Source of the DNA: Desulfobacterales bacterium
GTDB lineage: Bacteria; Desulfobacterota; Desulfobacteria; Desulfobacterales; UBA5852
Length of the DNA stretch: 64,000 bases
Direction of reading: 5' to 3'
Assembly: GCA_963674755.2 (NCBI GenBank)
Contig: CAXXVS010000003.1
Span: forward strand, 2,560,001-2,624,000
In this document: in pieces, positions 41,828 to 52,884 of the stretch
How the letters are laid out: each line of letters starts with the position of its first letter
Numbering within the stretch: the first letter of the stretch is position 1
The notes under the pieces: model-generated
What the model was told of the DNA's origin: nothing
The model's database searches: none
Seen by the model: only the letters and a program-made list of their open reading frames with translations
Translations under genes and position numbers: made by a program

Positions 41828-44800
41828 TCAAGCCGCGCGCGATACGATCCGCTCCCCGATTTTCTCGGCGGACCGTCCGAAAAGCTCATCCATTTCGATG
41901 AGATCCAGCAGATTGTCTTGCCAGACCACATTGTTCTCCTGCACGATACTGCGGATGTGGTCGTATTTCCCGCCCAGGGCCTTGACCCGGTCGGGCAGCG
42001 CGACATCATCGCGGAAGCCGATGTTCAGAAGCAGGAGATATTCGATAAGGTTGGAGCGGTTGGGCTGGTCGGAAATCACGGGGATGACCAGAATGCTGCG
42101 GTCGTCCTTGCGTCCCTTGCCGATGTAGACATTGCCCTGGCGCACGATGATTTTTTTGGTCCCCTTGAGGCGATGGTCACTCTCCACCCGGGAGGGAATC
42201 GATGCCAGGACCCCGGTTTTTTGCAGAATCGTGATGGTGGTTTCTTCGGTAATGTCGCCCAACAGATCCAGGTTGGCGATGCGATAGAGAATGCCGCCAT
42301 GGATGGTGGCCAGGATTTCCTGGAGATGTTTCAAAACCAGCACGTTGCGGTTGGTGAGCTGGGAGGGGTTCAGGCCGTAGTCGGTCAGGGTTTGGAACAG
42401 CAGTCCTTCCAATTTTTCACTGATGCGGCTGGTGCCCACCGTGACGGTCTTGGCCTGATGCTTGATGGCGTCCACCGGCCGCGACATGGCATTGATGCCG
42501 CGGGCCATGACGGCAAAGAAGGCATCCAGCATATTGCGCGCCGTACCCTTGAGGCCGAAGTCGAGCTCGAAGTCGGACACCGGCAGTTTGCCGGCCAGGT
42601 ATTTCAACAGTAGGGTCAGGTCCGAGGCCGTTTCAAGCCCTAACGCTGCCGGCAGCCGGCGCGCGTTTTTGCGCTGGCGAAAGGCCTGGTAGAAGGCGGC
42701 GAATTTTTGACGGAAGGATTTTTCGAGGATAAGCTCGTAGATGTCCAGCCCCTCTTCCGCACTCGCGTCGAGGGTCTGCTGGACGCTTTCCTGGAAATCG
42801 TAGAGGAAACGGGATCCGTCGTTGATGGCCAGGGCCGCGTAATAGCCCCAGAGATGGCCCACCAGGGTATTGAGGACCGGGGCCAGATGCTCGCTGGCGC
42901 GGGGCACATGGAAAACATCCTCGGCATAAGGGGCGAAACGCTCCTCGTCCTCATCGGCGATGACCACGGGCAGGGCTTTGTGGGCCTTGAAGATGGCCGT
43001 ATCCTTGATGATGTCGCCGATCACCGTGTTGCGGCATCCGGCGGCGCAGACAATGATCAGGGGCTCCGAGGACAGGTCGATGTGCTTCTTGTCCTCCACG
43101 TAGTCCGAAGAGATGGTTTTGTAGCACAGCTCGCTCAGTTTGATGCGAATCTCATCGGCGGAAGCCTTGTTGGGGCCGCTGCCCACGGAAGCCCAGTAAG
43201 TCCTGGTGACGGCCAGGCGTTGGGCGGAAGCCTCAATCGCTTCCTGCATGGCGAGCACCTGGCGCATCTTCCCGGGCAGCGCCAGGAGCTGGCGCAGCTC
43301 CTGGGTGATGAAGACGTCGTCCCGCCGCCCCCTGAGGCCTGCAATCAACAGACTCAACAGGGCGCCGGCCACGATCTGGGAGTAGAAGGCTTTGGTGGAG
43401 GCGACGGACATTTCAATGTCCCGGCCGCTGCTGGTATACAGCACGCCGTCCACCTTGAAGGTCAGGTCGGAATCGCGCCGGTTGACGATGGCCAGCGTTC
43501 GGGCGCCCCGTTCGCGCACCATGTCCACGGTGCGGTTGGTATCGGTGGTGGTGCCCGATTGACTGATGGCCACCACCAGGGCGTCTTCCATACGCATACC
43601 GGCATCCCCGGCATCCAGCATGAACCCGCTCAATTCCGAGGCCTTGAGGGCGCTGATCTGTAAGGCCGGGTCGTCCAGGTAATAGGACAGCAGATTGGCG
43701 CAGGCCAGGGCGGCCACCCCGGCGGTCCCCTGGCCCACAAAGTAGATGCGCCGGATGCGGCCTTCGGCGATGGCTTGCCGCAGATCCGGCGGCATCACCG
43801 TGGCGTCGAGATCGATGGCCCACAGGTTCTGCCCCTCGTCTTTGATTTTCCAACGATTGTAGAGGGTTTTGGCGACCGAGTCCGGGGCTTCGGAGATCTC
43901 CTTGAGGAAGTAGTGGGGGAAGTCCTGGCGGTTGATGTCCCGGGAGGTGAGGGCGGTTTGCTTGATGTCGTCCGGCCCCAGTTCGATGGGCGTGCCGTCG
44001 TAGTACATGGCCTGGATCCCTTCCAGGCCGCCGGCCGAATTCTGATCGAGGATGAAAATCTGGCCCTGGGTCGGCCCCTGCCGGCCCTCAACAAGCTTTT
44101 CGCCATCCATCTTGAGGAACTGCTGGGTCTTTTCGATAAAGCCGTAAACCTCGGACGTGGGCATATAGTGGTCCGCGGCCAGACCGATGAAGACGGCCTG
44201 GCCGCTGCCCTTCTGAGCCAGAAACAATTTTCCGGGTGCCAGGGCCGTATGCATGGAAATGGCATGGGAACCATCGAAGTCGTTCACCGCCCGGCGAAAA
44301 GCTTCGGCCGGATCGTGTCCCTGGGCAAGGTAGCGGCTGATCTGGAGGGGAATCATTTTGGTGTCGGTGGAAATTTCGGTTTGGATCCGATCACCGTCTT
44401 GTTCAAAGGCGGTCTTCAATTGCATGAAGTTGTCGATGTCGCCGTTGAGGCAGACATGCATGGGGCCCTGCAGCCCCTGGGGGAATTTCTCGGTGCGGGC
44501 ATCCAGGGGGTGACAGTTGGCTTCGTTGATGGCGCCCACCGAGGCCCAGCGGGTATGGGAAGTGACCGTGTGATGACGCCGCTCGAAGGCTACCAGGGTT
44601 TGCAGGAGGGGGTCGTTGCGGATTTCGTTGCGGATAAAGCGGATATTGTCCCCCAGGCAGCCGATTTCGGCGGCGACCTTGTAAACGATGGAAATCGTCA
44701 CATAGGCTTGTCCCTGGGCATCGGTGGTGATGTAGACATCCATGCCCTGGTTGCCCAGGACAGGCTGCCGGGTGCGCTGGGTCATGAGATCGTGGAGGCC

Positions 44801-45598
44801 GCGGCCGCTGTCCTGTTGCAGGGCCTCCTCGAAGTTCCGGAAAACCGCCTCATCGAGCATGAACATGAGCGACAGGCCGGCCGAGTCGCGCCCGCGCACC
44901 TCCAGGTGGTCGATGCTGTTGAGAACGGTATTGACATTGTAGAAAACCTCGACCCGTTCCGGGCTGAGCGGGCCGCGGGCCGGATCCATAAGGGCATCGA
45001 TCTTGGCCATGTTGGCCAGCAGTTCCCGCCCGAGGCACCAGGCCACATCCTCCAGCGTTTCCAGGTGGTCGGTGACGGCGTCCACGTCGGCGGCCTGCAG
45101 GCGGCCCTGATGGTCGGCCAGGACCTGTCTTTCTTCACGGATCATGGCGCGCAGGCGTGCTTCGATTTCCTGGAGCCGCTGCCGGTTTTCCGGTCGGCTG
45201 AACAGTGCGAAGAAGGCGGTTTTCTCCTTGAGCTGATCGGCGGTCGCTTTGATCGTGCGGATATGATCGTGTCCGCCCAGATGGCGATTCGCCAGGGGAT
45301 CGCTCTTTTCCAGGCAGACCTGCAGGCGATGGGCCTCACTCAACGCCAGCAAGTCGGCCAGGGTGGCGAGCGGGGTGGGGGCGTTCCCTTGCCGGCCCTT
45401 GAAGGCCACGATGCCGGCCAGCCCGCAGGCGGCCCGGTTGGGCTGCAGCGGAAAAAATACGATGGAGGCTTCAGGCACACTGGCCAGATGGCGCCCCCAA
45501 TAGACCGGGCGGTGTCCCCAGCGGGCCATGGTTTGCAGGGTTTGCCGCAGACCGCGGCCGGGGCCGGATCGGAGGGCTTGGGCATGGTATCGTTTCAT
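41828..45598 (-). CDS. Giant GlmS-like glutamine amidotransferase/SIS isomerase (1256 aa)
   Basis: [48 protein letters not shown]. Confidence 0.85.
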   Translation of the reverse strand: MKRYHAQALRSGPGRGLRQTLQTMARWGHRPVYWGRHLASVPEASIVFFPLQPNRAACGLAGIVAFKGRQGNAPTPLATLADLLALSEAHRLQVCLEKSDPLANRHLGGHDHIRTIKATADQLKEKTAFFALFSRPENRQRLQEIEARLRAMIREERQVLADHQGRLQAADVDAVTDHLETLEDVAWCLGRELLANMAKIDALMDPARGPLSPERVEVFYNVNTVLNSIDHLEVRGRDSAGLSLMFMLDEAVFRNFEEALQQDSGRGLHDLMTQRTRQPVLGNQGMDVYITTDAQGQAYVTISIVYKVAAEIGCLGDNIRFIRNEIRNDPLLQTLVAFERRHHTVTSHTRWASVGAINEANCHPLDARTEKFPQGLQGPMHVCLNGDIDNFMQLKTAFEQDGDRIQTEISTDTKMIPLQISRYLAQGHDPAEAFRRAVNDFDGSHAISMHTALAPGKLFLAQKGSGQAVFIGLAADHYMPTSEVYGFIEKTQQFLKMDGEKLVEGRQGPTQGQIFILDQNSAGGLEGIQAMYYDGTPIELGPDDIKQTALTSRDINRQDFPHYFLKEISEAPDSVAKTLYNRWKIKDEGQNLWAIDLDATVMPPDLRQAIAEGRIRRIYFVGQGTAGVAALACANLLSYYLDDPALQISALKASELSGFMLDAGDAGMRMEDALVVAISQSGTTTDTNRTVDMVRERGARTLAIVNRRDSDLTFKVDGVLYTSSGRDIEMSVASTKAFYSQIVAGALLSLLIAGLRGRRDDVFITQELRQLLALPGKMRQVLAMQEAIEASAQRLAVTRTYWASVGSGPNKASADEIRIKLSELCYKTISSDYVEDKKHIDLSSEPLIIVCAAGCRNTVIGDIIKDTAIFKAHKALPVVIADEDEERFAPYAEDVFHVPRASEHLAPVLNTLVGHLWGYYAALAINDGSRFLYDFQESVQQTLDASAEEGLDIYELILEKSFRQKFAAFYQAFRQRKNARRLPAALGLETASDLTLLLKYLAGKLPVSDFELDFGLKGTARNMLDAFFAVMARGINAMSRPVDAIKHQAKTVTVGTSRISEKLEGLLFQTLTDYGLNPSQLTNRNVLVLKHLQEILATIHGGILYRIANLDLLGDITEETTITILQKTGVLASIPSRVESDHRLKGTKKIIVRQGNVYIGKGRKDDRSILVIPVISDQPNRSNLIEYLLLLNIGFRDDVALPDRVKALGGKYDHIRSIVQENNVVWQDNLLDLIEMDELFGRSAEKIGERIVSRAA

Positions 45599-46359
45599 GG
45601 AAGATTGTCCTCGCTGTTCGGGGTTAGCCAGCGGCTGACCGTGGCGATATCTTCGGGGCGGTCGACCCCCAGGCTGCGGTGCCGGGTCAGCACGGTGCGG
45701 ATGGGGATACTGTTTTCCAGCAGGCGCAGCTGCTCCAGCTTCTCGGTTTGCTCCAAACGGCCGGGACCCAGGGCCACGAAGCGTTTGAGCGCGGTCATGC
45801 GGAAGGCATACAGACCGATATGGCGAAAATAGGCGGCCGGCCGGCCGTCCCGGGCATGGGGAATGGCCGCACGGGAAAAGTAGAGGGCGTCGCCATGACA
45901 GTCAACCACCACCTTGACCTGGTCGCGATCGCCGATCTCGCCCGGATCCATGGGGCTGATCAAGGTGGCCACCTGGACCCCGGGCTGGTTGAAGGGCTGG
46001 ACGAGCTCCGACAGCATGGCCGGGTGCAGGGCGGGCTCGTCGCCCTGGATGTTGATGACGACCGCCTCTTCGGGCAGCCCCAACAACTCGGCGGCTTCCA
46101 ACACGCGGTCGGTGCCGCTGGGGTGATCCGGGCGGGTCATTACATAGGGCACCTGTTGGGCCTCGGCCGCCGCGGCGATGCGCCGGCTGTCGGTGGCCAG
46201 CACCACCCGCTCCAGTTCGGGGCAGCGGCGCGCACGCTGGTAGACATGCCAGAACATGGGCTGGCCCACAATCAGCGCCAGGGGTTTGCCCGGGAAACGG
46301 GTGGAGCCATAGCGTGCCGGGATGATACCGAAGAATCGATTTTGATGGGGTTCCGTCAT
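45595..46359 (-). CDS. kdsB: CMP-Kdo synthetase
   Basis: [39 protein letters not shown]. Confidence 0.96.
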   Translation of the reverse strand: MTEPHQNRFFGIIPARYGSTRFPGKPLALIVGQPMFWHVYQRARRCPELERVVLATDSRRIAAAAEAQQVPYVMTRPDHPSGTDRVLEAAELLGLPEEAVVINIQGDEPALHPAMLSELVQPFNQPGVQVATLISPMDPGEIGDRDQVKVVVDCHGDALYFSRAAIPHARDGRPAAYFRHIGLYAFRMTALKRFVALGPGRLEQTEKLEQLRLLENSIPIRTVLTRHRSLGVDRPEDIATVSRWLTPNSEDNLP

Positions 46360-46405
46360 CAGCGTTTGTCCGTGGTCCTGCGCCCGGCGGCGGGTTTCAG
46401 GAGAG

Positions 46406-47814
46406 CTATTCCTGGGATGCGATCCGGGGGCGAAAATATTCCGTCATGGCCATGCGGGCGTATTCGCCGGCCCGGCGCCCGATATATTTCTCATGGGCGA
46501 CCACAGCCGCTACCGCAATGGCGTCCTGTGAGCGGGGATAGCGGGCAAACCCAACGAACCAGTCATAGCGGACGTCGTGGTCGGCATTGTCGATGGAACC
46601 TGTTTTACCCCCTATTTCGAGTTGAGACAAGACGCGATCCTTGGTGCGGCTGCGAAACTGTTTGCGGGCCGTCCCCCGACGGACGGTTTCGCGCATGAGG
46701 CGCGCCATCTCTTTGGCGGTCGGGGAGGTCACGGCCCGATGGTCGGCAACATGGTCGGGCCGGTACAGGACCTGGCCGTCAGGGCCGGTGATGCGATCCA
46801 CGATGGTGGGTTCCACCAGCCGGCCGCCGTTTAGCGCCACGGCCGCCAGCAGGGCACCGTGCAGAGGGGAAATGACGGTTTGCCGGTTGAACCCGCTGGC
46901 AACCTCGGCCCACTGATAAGGATCATCGGTAAGGGGCGCTCGGCTGGGCGGCACAGGCAGTTCGAACGGGATGGGGTGATTGAACCCGAAAACCTCGGCA
47001 TAGTGCGCCAGGGTTTCCTGTTTCAAACAGAGGCTGCCGAGCTTGCCGAAGACCGGGTTCACCGACTGGGCAAAGGACGCGGCCAGGGTGGTCTGGTGGG
47101 TGTAGCGATTTTTAATATCCTTCAATTGTGATTTGTAGAGGGTGTGCTTGGCCCCGTTATAGGTCATGGGGGAGCCGCTGGAAAGGTGACAATGCTCAAT
47201 GGCCGCGCCCGCCGTGACGATTTTGAAGACACTGGCCGCCGGATAGCGGTTGCTCAGGCAGGGATTGCCCTCCGGATCGTTTTTGTCGAAGCCCACCATG
47301 GCCAGGACTCGTCCCTGGGCCTCCATGACGACGATGCCGATATAGCGCGACGTTCGTTCGTACAGACGTTTGGTCAGATAGGCTTGCAAGGGTTGGTCGA
47401 TGCTGGGTTCGATGACCAGCTTTTGCTCACCCCAGCGCACCTGGGTGCGTTCCTCCAAAAGGTCCGCAACGGGACGGCCCGCCAGAAGGTCCTGGACGTC
47501 GGATTTGGAAAGCAGGGGGCCGGCTGTGGGGCCCACGGCCGCCTGGGCCGGTCCGGGTGAAGGGACCGGAGGCGGGGAGGATGCCGGGCCATCCAGGAGG
47601 GACCATGCAGCAGGCCCACGGCGACCAGAATGGCAGCGCTTTTGAGCATGAGCGGCCGGCGGATCCGGACCCCGCTCCGGCGGCGTTTGAGCTGGACCTG
47701 GTAGTCGCGCCAGCTGGGGCGTCGTCCTGTTTCGGCGGCTGGTCTGTGCGGTCGACGGAAAATCACCGTTTTCGCTATTGGCCTATTCACCGGCGGCACG
47801 GACCGCGGGTTCAC
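46406..47814 (-). CDS. Penicillin-binding transpeptidase, split by a frameshift near 47607 (start uncertain)
   Basis: SVFK, SVN and KTG motifs in 46406-47536; N-terminal anchor (WRDYQ...[10 protein letters not shown]) lies in the frame of ORF 47374-47814. Confidence 0.75.
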
Positions 47815-47921
47815 CGACGGTCCCTGGTTGCCTCCGTTGGTATCAATGGGATGGTGGGGATGGTCCTACAGCCGCTGGGCTGCAATCACATCCGCCATTT
47901 CATTCTTTTACGCCCCGGCCT

Positions 47922-49844
47922 TCAGCTGATCCGCGTGCCTGGCCGGGATGTCTTGTCGAGGCCGGGCAGGGCGCATCGCTCGCCGTCCACGGCTGCCAGA
48001 AGCATGCCCTGGGATTCGATCCCCATCAGTTTGGCGGGTTTCAGGTTGGCCACAATGATGACCTGGCGGCCCACAAGATCTTCCGGCCGGTAGAAGCTGG
48101 CGATGCCGGCCACGATGGTGCGCCGTTCTCCCATGTCCACTTCGAGCTTGAGCAGCTTTTTGGCTTTGGGAATGGCTTCCGCTTTGATCACGGTGGCCAC
48201 CCGCAGATCGACATGGGCAAAGGCATCGATGTCGATGAGCGGCCGCAGCGGTGGTTCAAGCGTTGCGGCCGTGGTGCCGGCCGGGGACGCTTCGGTTCGC
48301 GGCTTCATCTCCACCCGGGGGAACAGACTCTTGGATTTACGCAGCTGGGCGCCGGGGGTCAGCGTTTTCCATTTGCCGATGCGTTCCAGAAGATAAAATT
48401 CGGCCTTCGGATCGAGCCCCAGGTGGTACTGCATATCCCGGGCGGTTTGCGGCATGACGGGATAGATCAAGCCGGCGATGACGCGCAGTCCCTCCAGGAG
48501 CTGATAGATGACGCATTCGAGCTCCTTGCGGGTCGAGGCGCGTTTGGCCAGCTCCCAGGGCGCCGAGACGTCGATACATTTGTTCAGGCGTCCGATGAAG
48601 GTCCACACGGCGATGAGCCCTTTATGGAATTCGAATCCGTCCATGGCCTGTTCGAAGTCGGTGATGGCCCGGGCGGCATCGGCTTCCAGATTCAGCTGCA
48701 AGGTCTTGTCGACAGCCGGATCGTTGGGCGGCACACGGCCTTCGAAGTATTTGTGGGCCATGGCCAGGATACGGCTGAAGAGGTTGCCCAGATCGTTGGC
48801 CAGATCGCTGTTGATGCGCTGGATGAGGGCTTCTTCGGAAAAGCTCGAATCCAGCCCGAAGACCATGTCCCGCATCAGAAAAAAGCGAAAGGCATCCAGC
48901 CCATAGGTCTCCTTCATGGCCAGGGGTTCCACCACATTGCCGATGGTTTTGGACATCTTGGCCTGATCGATATTCCAATAGCCATGCACATTGAGATGCC
49001 GGTAGACCGGAATCCCGGCGGCCTGGAGCATGGTCGGCCAATAGATCCCGTGGGGCTTGAGGATATCTTTGGCCACGACGTGCTGGGCGCAGGGCCAGAA
49101 TTTGGTGAAGCGCTCGCCATCCGGGTATCCCAGAGCCGAAACATAGTTCAGCAGGGCATCGAACCACACGTAAGTGACGTAGTCCGGATCGAAGGGCAGG
49201 GTGATGCCCCACTGCAGCCGGCTTTTGGGGCGCGAGATGCACAGATCCTCCAGCGGCTCCCGCAGGAAGGACAGGACTTCGTTGCGGTAGCGCTCCGGGC
49301 GGATGAAGCCCGGGTGCTGATGAATATGGTCGATGAGCCAATCCTGGTAGCGGCTCATCCGGAAAAAATAGTTCGATTCTTTTATGATTTCCGGCGCTTT
49401 GTCGTGATCCGGGCATTTGCCGTCCACCAGCTCCCGTTCCGTGTAGAACCGTTCGCAGCCGAAGCAGTAAAGCCCCTCGTATTCGCTGAAGTAGATATCG
49501 CCCTGGTCATAGATTTTCTGAAGGATCTGTTCCACCACCGCCATGTGGGCGGGGTTGGTGGTGCGGATGAACTGGTCGTTGCTGATAGCGAGCGTGGGCC
49601 ACAATTCCCGGAAGAGGCTGCTGATATGGTCCACATAGGCCTTGGGGGTCATATCGTTGTCTTTGGCCGCCTGGACGATTTTGTCACCGTGTTCGTCCGT
49701 GCCCGTTAAAAAATAGGTTTCATCCCCGCGCATGGCGTGGAAGCGGCGGGCCACATCCGCCACGATGGTCGTGTAGGCATGTCCCAGATGCGGTTTGGCG
49801 TTGACGTAATAAATGGGCGTCGTGATGTAGAATCGTTCAGCCAT
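47922..49844 (-). CDS. metG: Methionyl-tRNA synthetase
   Basis: YITTPIYYVN, HLGH, KMSKT, C-terminal tRNA-binding domain. Confidence 0.98.
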   Translation of the reverse strand: MAERFYITTPIYYVNAKPHLGHAYTTIVADVARRFHAMRGDETYFLTGTDEHGDKIVQAAKDNDMTPKAYVDHISSLFRELWPTLAISNDQFIRTTNPAHMAVVEQILQKIYDQGDIYFSEYEGLYCFGCERFYTERELVDGKCPDHDKAPEIIKESNYFFRMSRYQDWLIDHIHQHPGFIRPERYRNEVLSFLREPLEDLCISRPKSRLQWGITLPFDPDYVTYVWFDALLNYVSALGYPDGERFTKFWPCAQHVVAKDILKPHGIYWPTMLQAAGIPVYRHLNVHGYWNIDQAKMSKTIGNVVEPLAMKETYGLDAFRFFLMRDMVFGLDSSFSEEALIQRINSDLANDLGNLFSRILAMAHKYFEGRVPPNDPAVDKTLQLNLEADAARAITDFEQAMDGFEFHKGLIAVWTFIGRLNKCIDVSAPWELAKRASTRKELECVIYQLLEGLRVIAGLIYPVMPQTARDMQYHLGLDPKAEFYLLERIGKWKTLTPGAQLRKSKSLFPRVEMKPRTEASPAGTTAATLEPPLRPLIDIDAFAHVDLRVATVIKAEAIPKAKKLLKLEVDMGERRTIVAGIASFYRPEDLVGRQVIIVANLKPAKLMGIESQGMLLAAVDGERCALPGLDKTSRPGTRIS

Positions 49845-50658
49845 TGGATTTCTTTATCTCCTTGACGATGTCTTCAGGACCGAGCTCCACTTCCTGGCCG
49901 CCGTCGACCAGCCGGATGACGAAATGGTTGGCGTTCAGATTGTGACGAATCACTTTGCCCTGTCCCTGGGTAGTCTGAACCTTTTTACCGATTTTAGGCA
50001 GATTCGCCTTGAGTTCCTTATACGTCTCGTATTCATAGGTCAGGCAGCACATCAGGCGGCCGCACTGCCCGGAAATTTTGGTTGGATTGAGCGACAGGCC
50101 CTGCTCCTTGGCCATGCGGATCGAGACCGGGGAGAATTTTTCGATAAACTGGGCGCAACATATCTCACGGCCGCAACGTCCGATGCCGCCGCACATCTTG
50201 GCCTGGTTGCGTATGCCCACCTGGCGCATTTCGATCTTGGCGCCGAGCTTCTTCACCAACATCTTCACCAGCTGGCGGAAGTCAACCCGGCCGTCGGCCG
50301 TGAAAAAGAAGGTCAGCTTGCTGGCGTCGAAGGTGCTCTCCACCGAGAACAGATTCATCTTGAGCCTCAATTGGGCGATGCACTCCAGACAATAGCTGTG
50401 AGCCATCTGCTCGGTCTGGCAGTTTTTCCCCAGCTGGGCGAAATCCTTTTCGCTGGCCATGCGGTATACTTTTTTGAGCGCCTTGTGGGCGAGCGCATTT
50501 TCGCGGATCGCCGGGGGGACGGCCACCGTGCCGAATCCCAGGCCCTGCTCGGTTTCGACGATGACGTGGTCGCCGAGCTCGAGCACATAGGCCCCGCAGT
50601 CAAAGTCATATACTTTCCCCGCCGGTTTGAACCGGATACCGACAATTTTTTTCATCAT
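49837..50658 (-). CDS. ricT: PSP1/YaaT (RicT) family protein
   Basis: GRVDFRQLVK, GGIGRCGREICC, KISGQCGRLMCCL. Confidence 0.92.
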   Translation of the reverse strand: MMKKIVGIRFKPAGKVYDFDCGAYVLELGDHVIVETEQGLGFGTVAVPPAIRENALAHKALKKVYRMASEKDFAQLGKNCQTEQMAHSYCLECIAQLRLKMNLFSVESTFDASKLTFFFTADGRVDFRQLVKMLVKKLGAKIEMRQVGIRNQAKMCGGIGRCGREICCAQFIEKFSPVSIRMAKEQGLSLNPTKISGQCGRLMCCLTYEYETYKELKANLPKIGKKVQTTQGQGKVIRHNLNANHFVIRLVDGGQEVELGPEDIVKEIKKSNG

Positions 50659-50670
50659 GTCAACCTATCG

Positions 50671-51687
50671 TTAAGCGGCTGCCAATTGCAGCACGAGCGT
50701 TTCCATGGTCAGGCGCGGATTGGCGTTATCCTGAAGCGCCTTAAGCGCGGTCTGGACCGCTTTCATACAATCGATCGATGCCAGGGGAGCCTGTCGGGCG
50801 GCGGCGACCTGGATCTGGCGGTCCAAGTCGCGATTGACAATCCGCTCCGGCTGAAACGGGAAGACGATCAGATCCCGGTACCAGCTCAGCAGCCAGGCCA
50901 GGACATCGGGCAATTGGGTCTTGCCGGATGCCAGATTCTCGGCCAGGGCCAGGTGCAGGGTCGTTGTTTGGTCCCTAAGCCGGCCCAATTCGCCGGCCAG
51001 CCACCGGCGCCGCGGGATCCAGTCTTGGCCGGCCATTTTGAGGGCCCGCGTGTAACTCCCCCCGGAGAGGGCCGCCGCAGCCTCCGCCTCTTGGGGCGCC
51101 AGCTGCCCCTCGGTGGTCAACAGCGCCGTCAAGTCTTCGCGTTGCAGCGGTGCGAAGCGGATCTGCTGGCAGCGCGAGGCAATGGTGGGCAAAAGATCGG
51201 CCAGCTGGCGGGCGGTCAAAATCAGCAGGGTATTCGGGGGGGGCTCCTCCAAGAGCTTCAGCAGGGCATTGCCTGCCTCCGGATTCATGGTGTGCGCCTC
51301 GGCCAGGATGACGACACGCCGGCCCTGCTCGTAAGGCTTGACGGCCAGGCGCTGGATGAGGTCGCGAACAACCGCAATGCGGATCATGTCGCCGGATGGC
51401 CGCAGGTGCAGGATGTCGGGGTGTTGATCGGCCTGAATGCGGCGGCAGGACCGGCATTGCCCGCAGGCGTTGATCCGCACCGGCGATGCCGCCCCCGCCA
51501 GGCGTTCCGGATAGGGTTGCGGGTCCGTACAATTGCAGGCCATCGCCAAGGCCCGCGCCGCGGTTTGTTTACCGATGCCGTCGATGCCGGTAAAGACCAG
51601 GGCGTGGGGTATCTGGCCCTTCCGGAGGAGGGTGGTCAACAAGCCCATCGCGTGATGCTGGCCGCGTATCAGATCAAATCCAGCCAC
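50671..51687 (-). CDS. holB: DNA polymerase III delta' subunit
   Basis: HALVFTG, CGQCRSC, HPD, NALLKLLEEPP, TIASRC. Confidence 0.95.
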   Translation of the reverse strand: MAGFDLIRGQHHAMGLLTTLLRKGQIPHALVFTGIDGIGKQTAARALAMACNCTDPQPYPERLAGAASPVRINACGQCRSCRRIQADQHPDILHLRPSGDMIRIAVVRDLIQRLAVKPYEQGRRVVILAEAHTMNPEAGNALLKLLEEPPPNTLLILTARQLADLLPTIASRCQQIRFAPLQREDLTALLTTEGQLAPQEAEAAAALSGGSYTRALKMAGQDWIPRRRWLAGELGRLRDQTTTLHLALAENLASGKTQLPDVLAWLLSWYRDLIVFPFQPERIVNRDLDRQIQVAAARQAPLASIDCMKAVQTALKALQDNANPRLTMETLVLQLAAA

Positions 51688-51708
51688 AGATCTGCGCTTC
51701 GTCCGGCA

Positions 51709-51996
51709 TCAATTGTCGAGGGCCTGGTCGACCCGTTCGCGCAATTCCTTGCCGGATTTGAAGAACGGGAGTCGTTTAGGCTTGATCTGAACCCGATCGC
51801 CGGTTTTGGGATTGCGGCCGGTGTAGCTCTTGTATTCCTTGATAAAGAAGCTGCATAGCCCCCTGATTTCAACGCGTTCCCCCCGGGCCATGGCTTCCGA
51901 CATATTATCGAAAAAGATCTGAACGATTTTGGCGGCTTCGGCTTTGGACATATTGGCTTCGGCCTTAAGGGCCGAGATGAGTTCCAGCTTATTCAT
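51709..51996 (-). CDS. IHF/HU family DNA-binding protein (IHF-beta-like)
   Basis: RVEIRGLCSF, GRNPKTG, PFFKSGKELRERV. Confidence 0.93.
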   Translation of the reverse strand: MNKLELISALKAEANMSKAEAAKIVQIFFDNMSEAMARGERVEIRGLCSFFIKEYKSYTGRNPKTGDRVQIKPKRLPFFKSGKELRERVDQALDN

Positions 51997-52261
51997 ACTA
52001 CCTCCTTGGCTTGGGTAGCGGGCAAGATCACACTATAATTCTGTTATAATTAAATAAATGTCAATAAAAAGTCAAGGGGTTATGATGCTTCGGCCAGTCC
52101 TTGCGGCATCCCGTCTAAGCGCGTGGGGGGAGGCAACGGATGGCCGACGGCGGTTTTCCGTTCGTGGTGGTACTGAGGAAGAACCTCCCCCAGACGGCCG
52201 CTGGTGTGGCAGCGGCTTTGCCTCCGCCCATGAAACGTCCGGGATCTATCGATCCGGGACG

Positions 52262-52813
52262 TCAGCGGTCGGGCACAAAAACATGCCCGTCCGCCCCGGC
52301 GGGGAGGATTTCCACGTCATCCCGGTTCACTTCGACACTGGCAAACTGCCCGAGCGCTTCGATGTGGACCACCACGCGGTCAATGCCGCGATAACGATCA
52401 AAGGTGCCCACAATGCCGGTGAAGGGCCCATTGATCACCATGACCCGGTCCCCCTTGCGAAAACGGAAGCCGGTCTGGATCTCGCTGCTCTGGGAAACCA
52501 TGATCCGCAGGGATTCGATGGTTTCGTCCGGAACCGCAACGGGCACCTGCTGGTTGCCGATCAGCCTTACGGCCCCCACGGTTTTAACGATGTCGATATG
52601 GTGGTGGGGGTGCAGATTCGATTTGACGAAGACATAGCCCGGAAACAGGGGGATATCGATCATGACCTTGCGGTCCCGCCGTTTGCTGCGCACCCGCACC
52701 TTGGGCAGGAACGCTTCGTGGGCTTTTTTGCAAAGACCGTCATGGACGACGGTTTCAAACCGGCTGCGGGTATGGAGGACATACCAGTGCCAGGTCAGGG
52801 TCTCGGTTTTCAT
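52262..52813 (-). CDS. Specialised NusG paralogue (UpxY/LoaP-like antiterminator)
   Basis: WYVLHTRSRFE, PLFPGYVFV, KOW GDRVMVINGPFTG. Confidence 0.88.
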   Translation of the reverse strand: MKTETLTWHWYVLHTRSRFETVVHDGLCKKAHEAFLPKVRVRSKRRDRKVMIDIPLFPGYVFVKSNLHPHHHIDIVKTVGAVRLIGNQQVPVAVPDETIESLRIMVSQSSEIQTGFRFRKGDRVMVINGPFTGIVGTFDRYRGIDRVVVHIEALGQFASVEVNRDDVEILPAGADGHVFVPDR

Positions 52814-52884
52814 AAATCCTGTAAGACTCCCGGATCGGGCCGTTACCCGCGGCTATACCCCCTGAGCCTGCCTGGGGGCGGCCG

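Noticed and set aside
43775..51858. Long plus-strand ORFs (43775-45832, 47778-49709, 49924-51858), and similar ones at 6145-8100, 40470-42128 and 53812-55548
   Set aside because: Antisense shadows of well-supported genes in GC-rich DNA; no motifs
52031..52075. Sigma-70 promoter for the IHF/HU gene
   Set aside because: AT-rich with two -35 boxes, but no -10 at an acceptable spacing could be assigned
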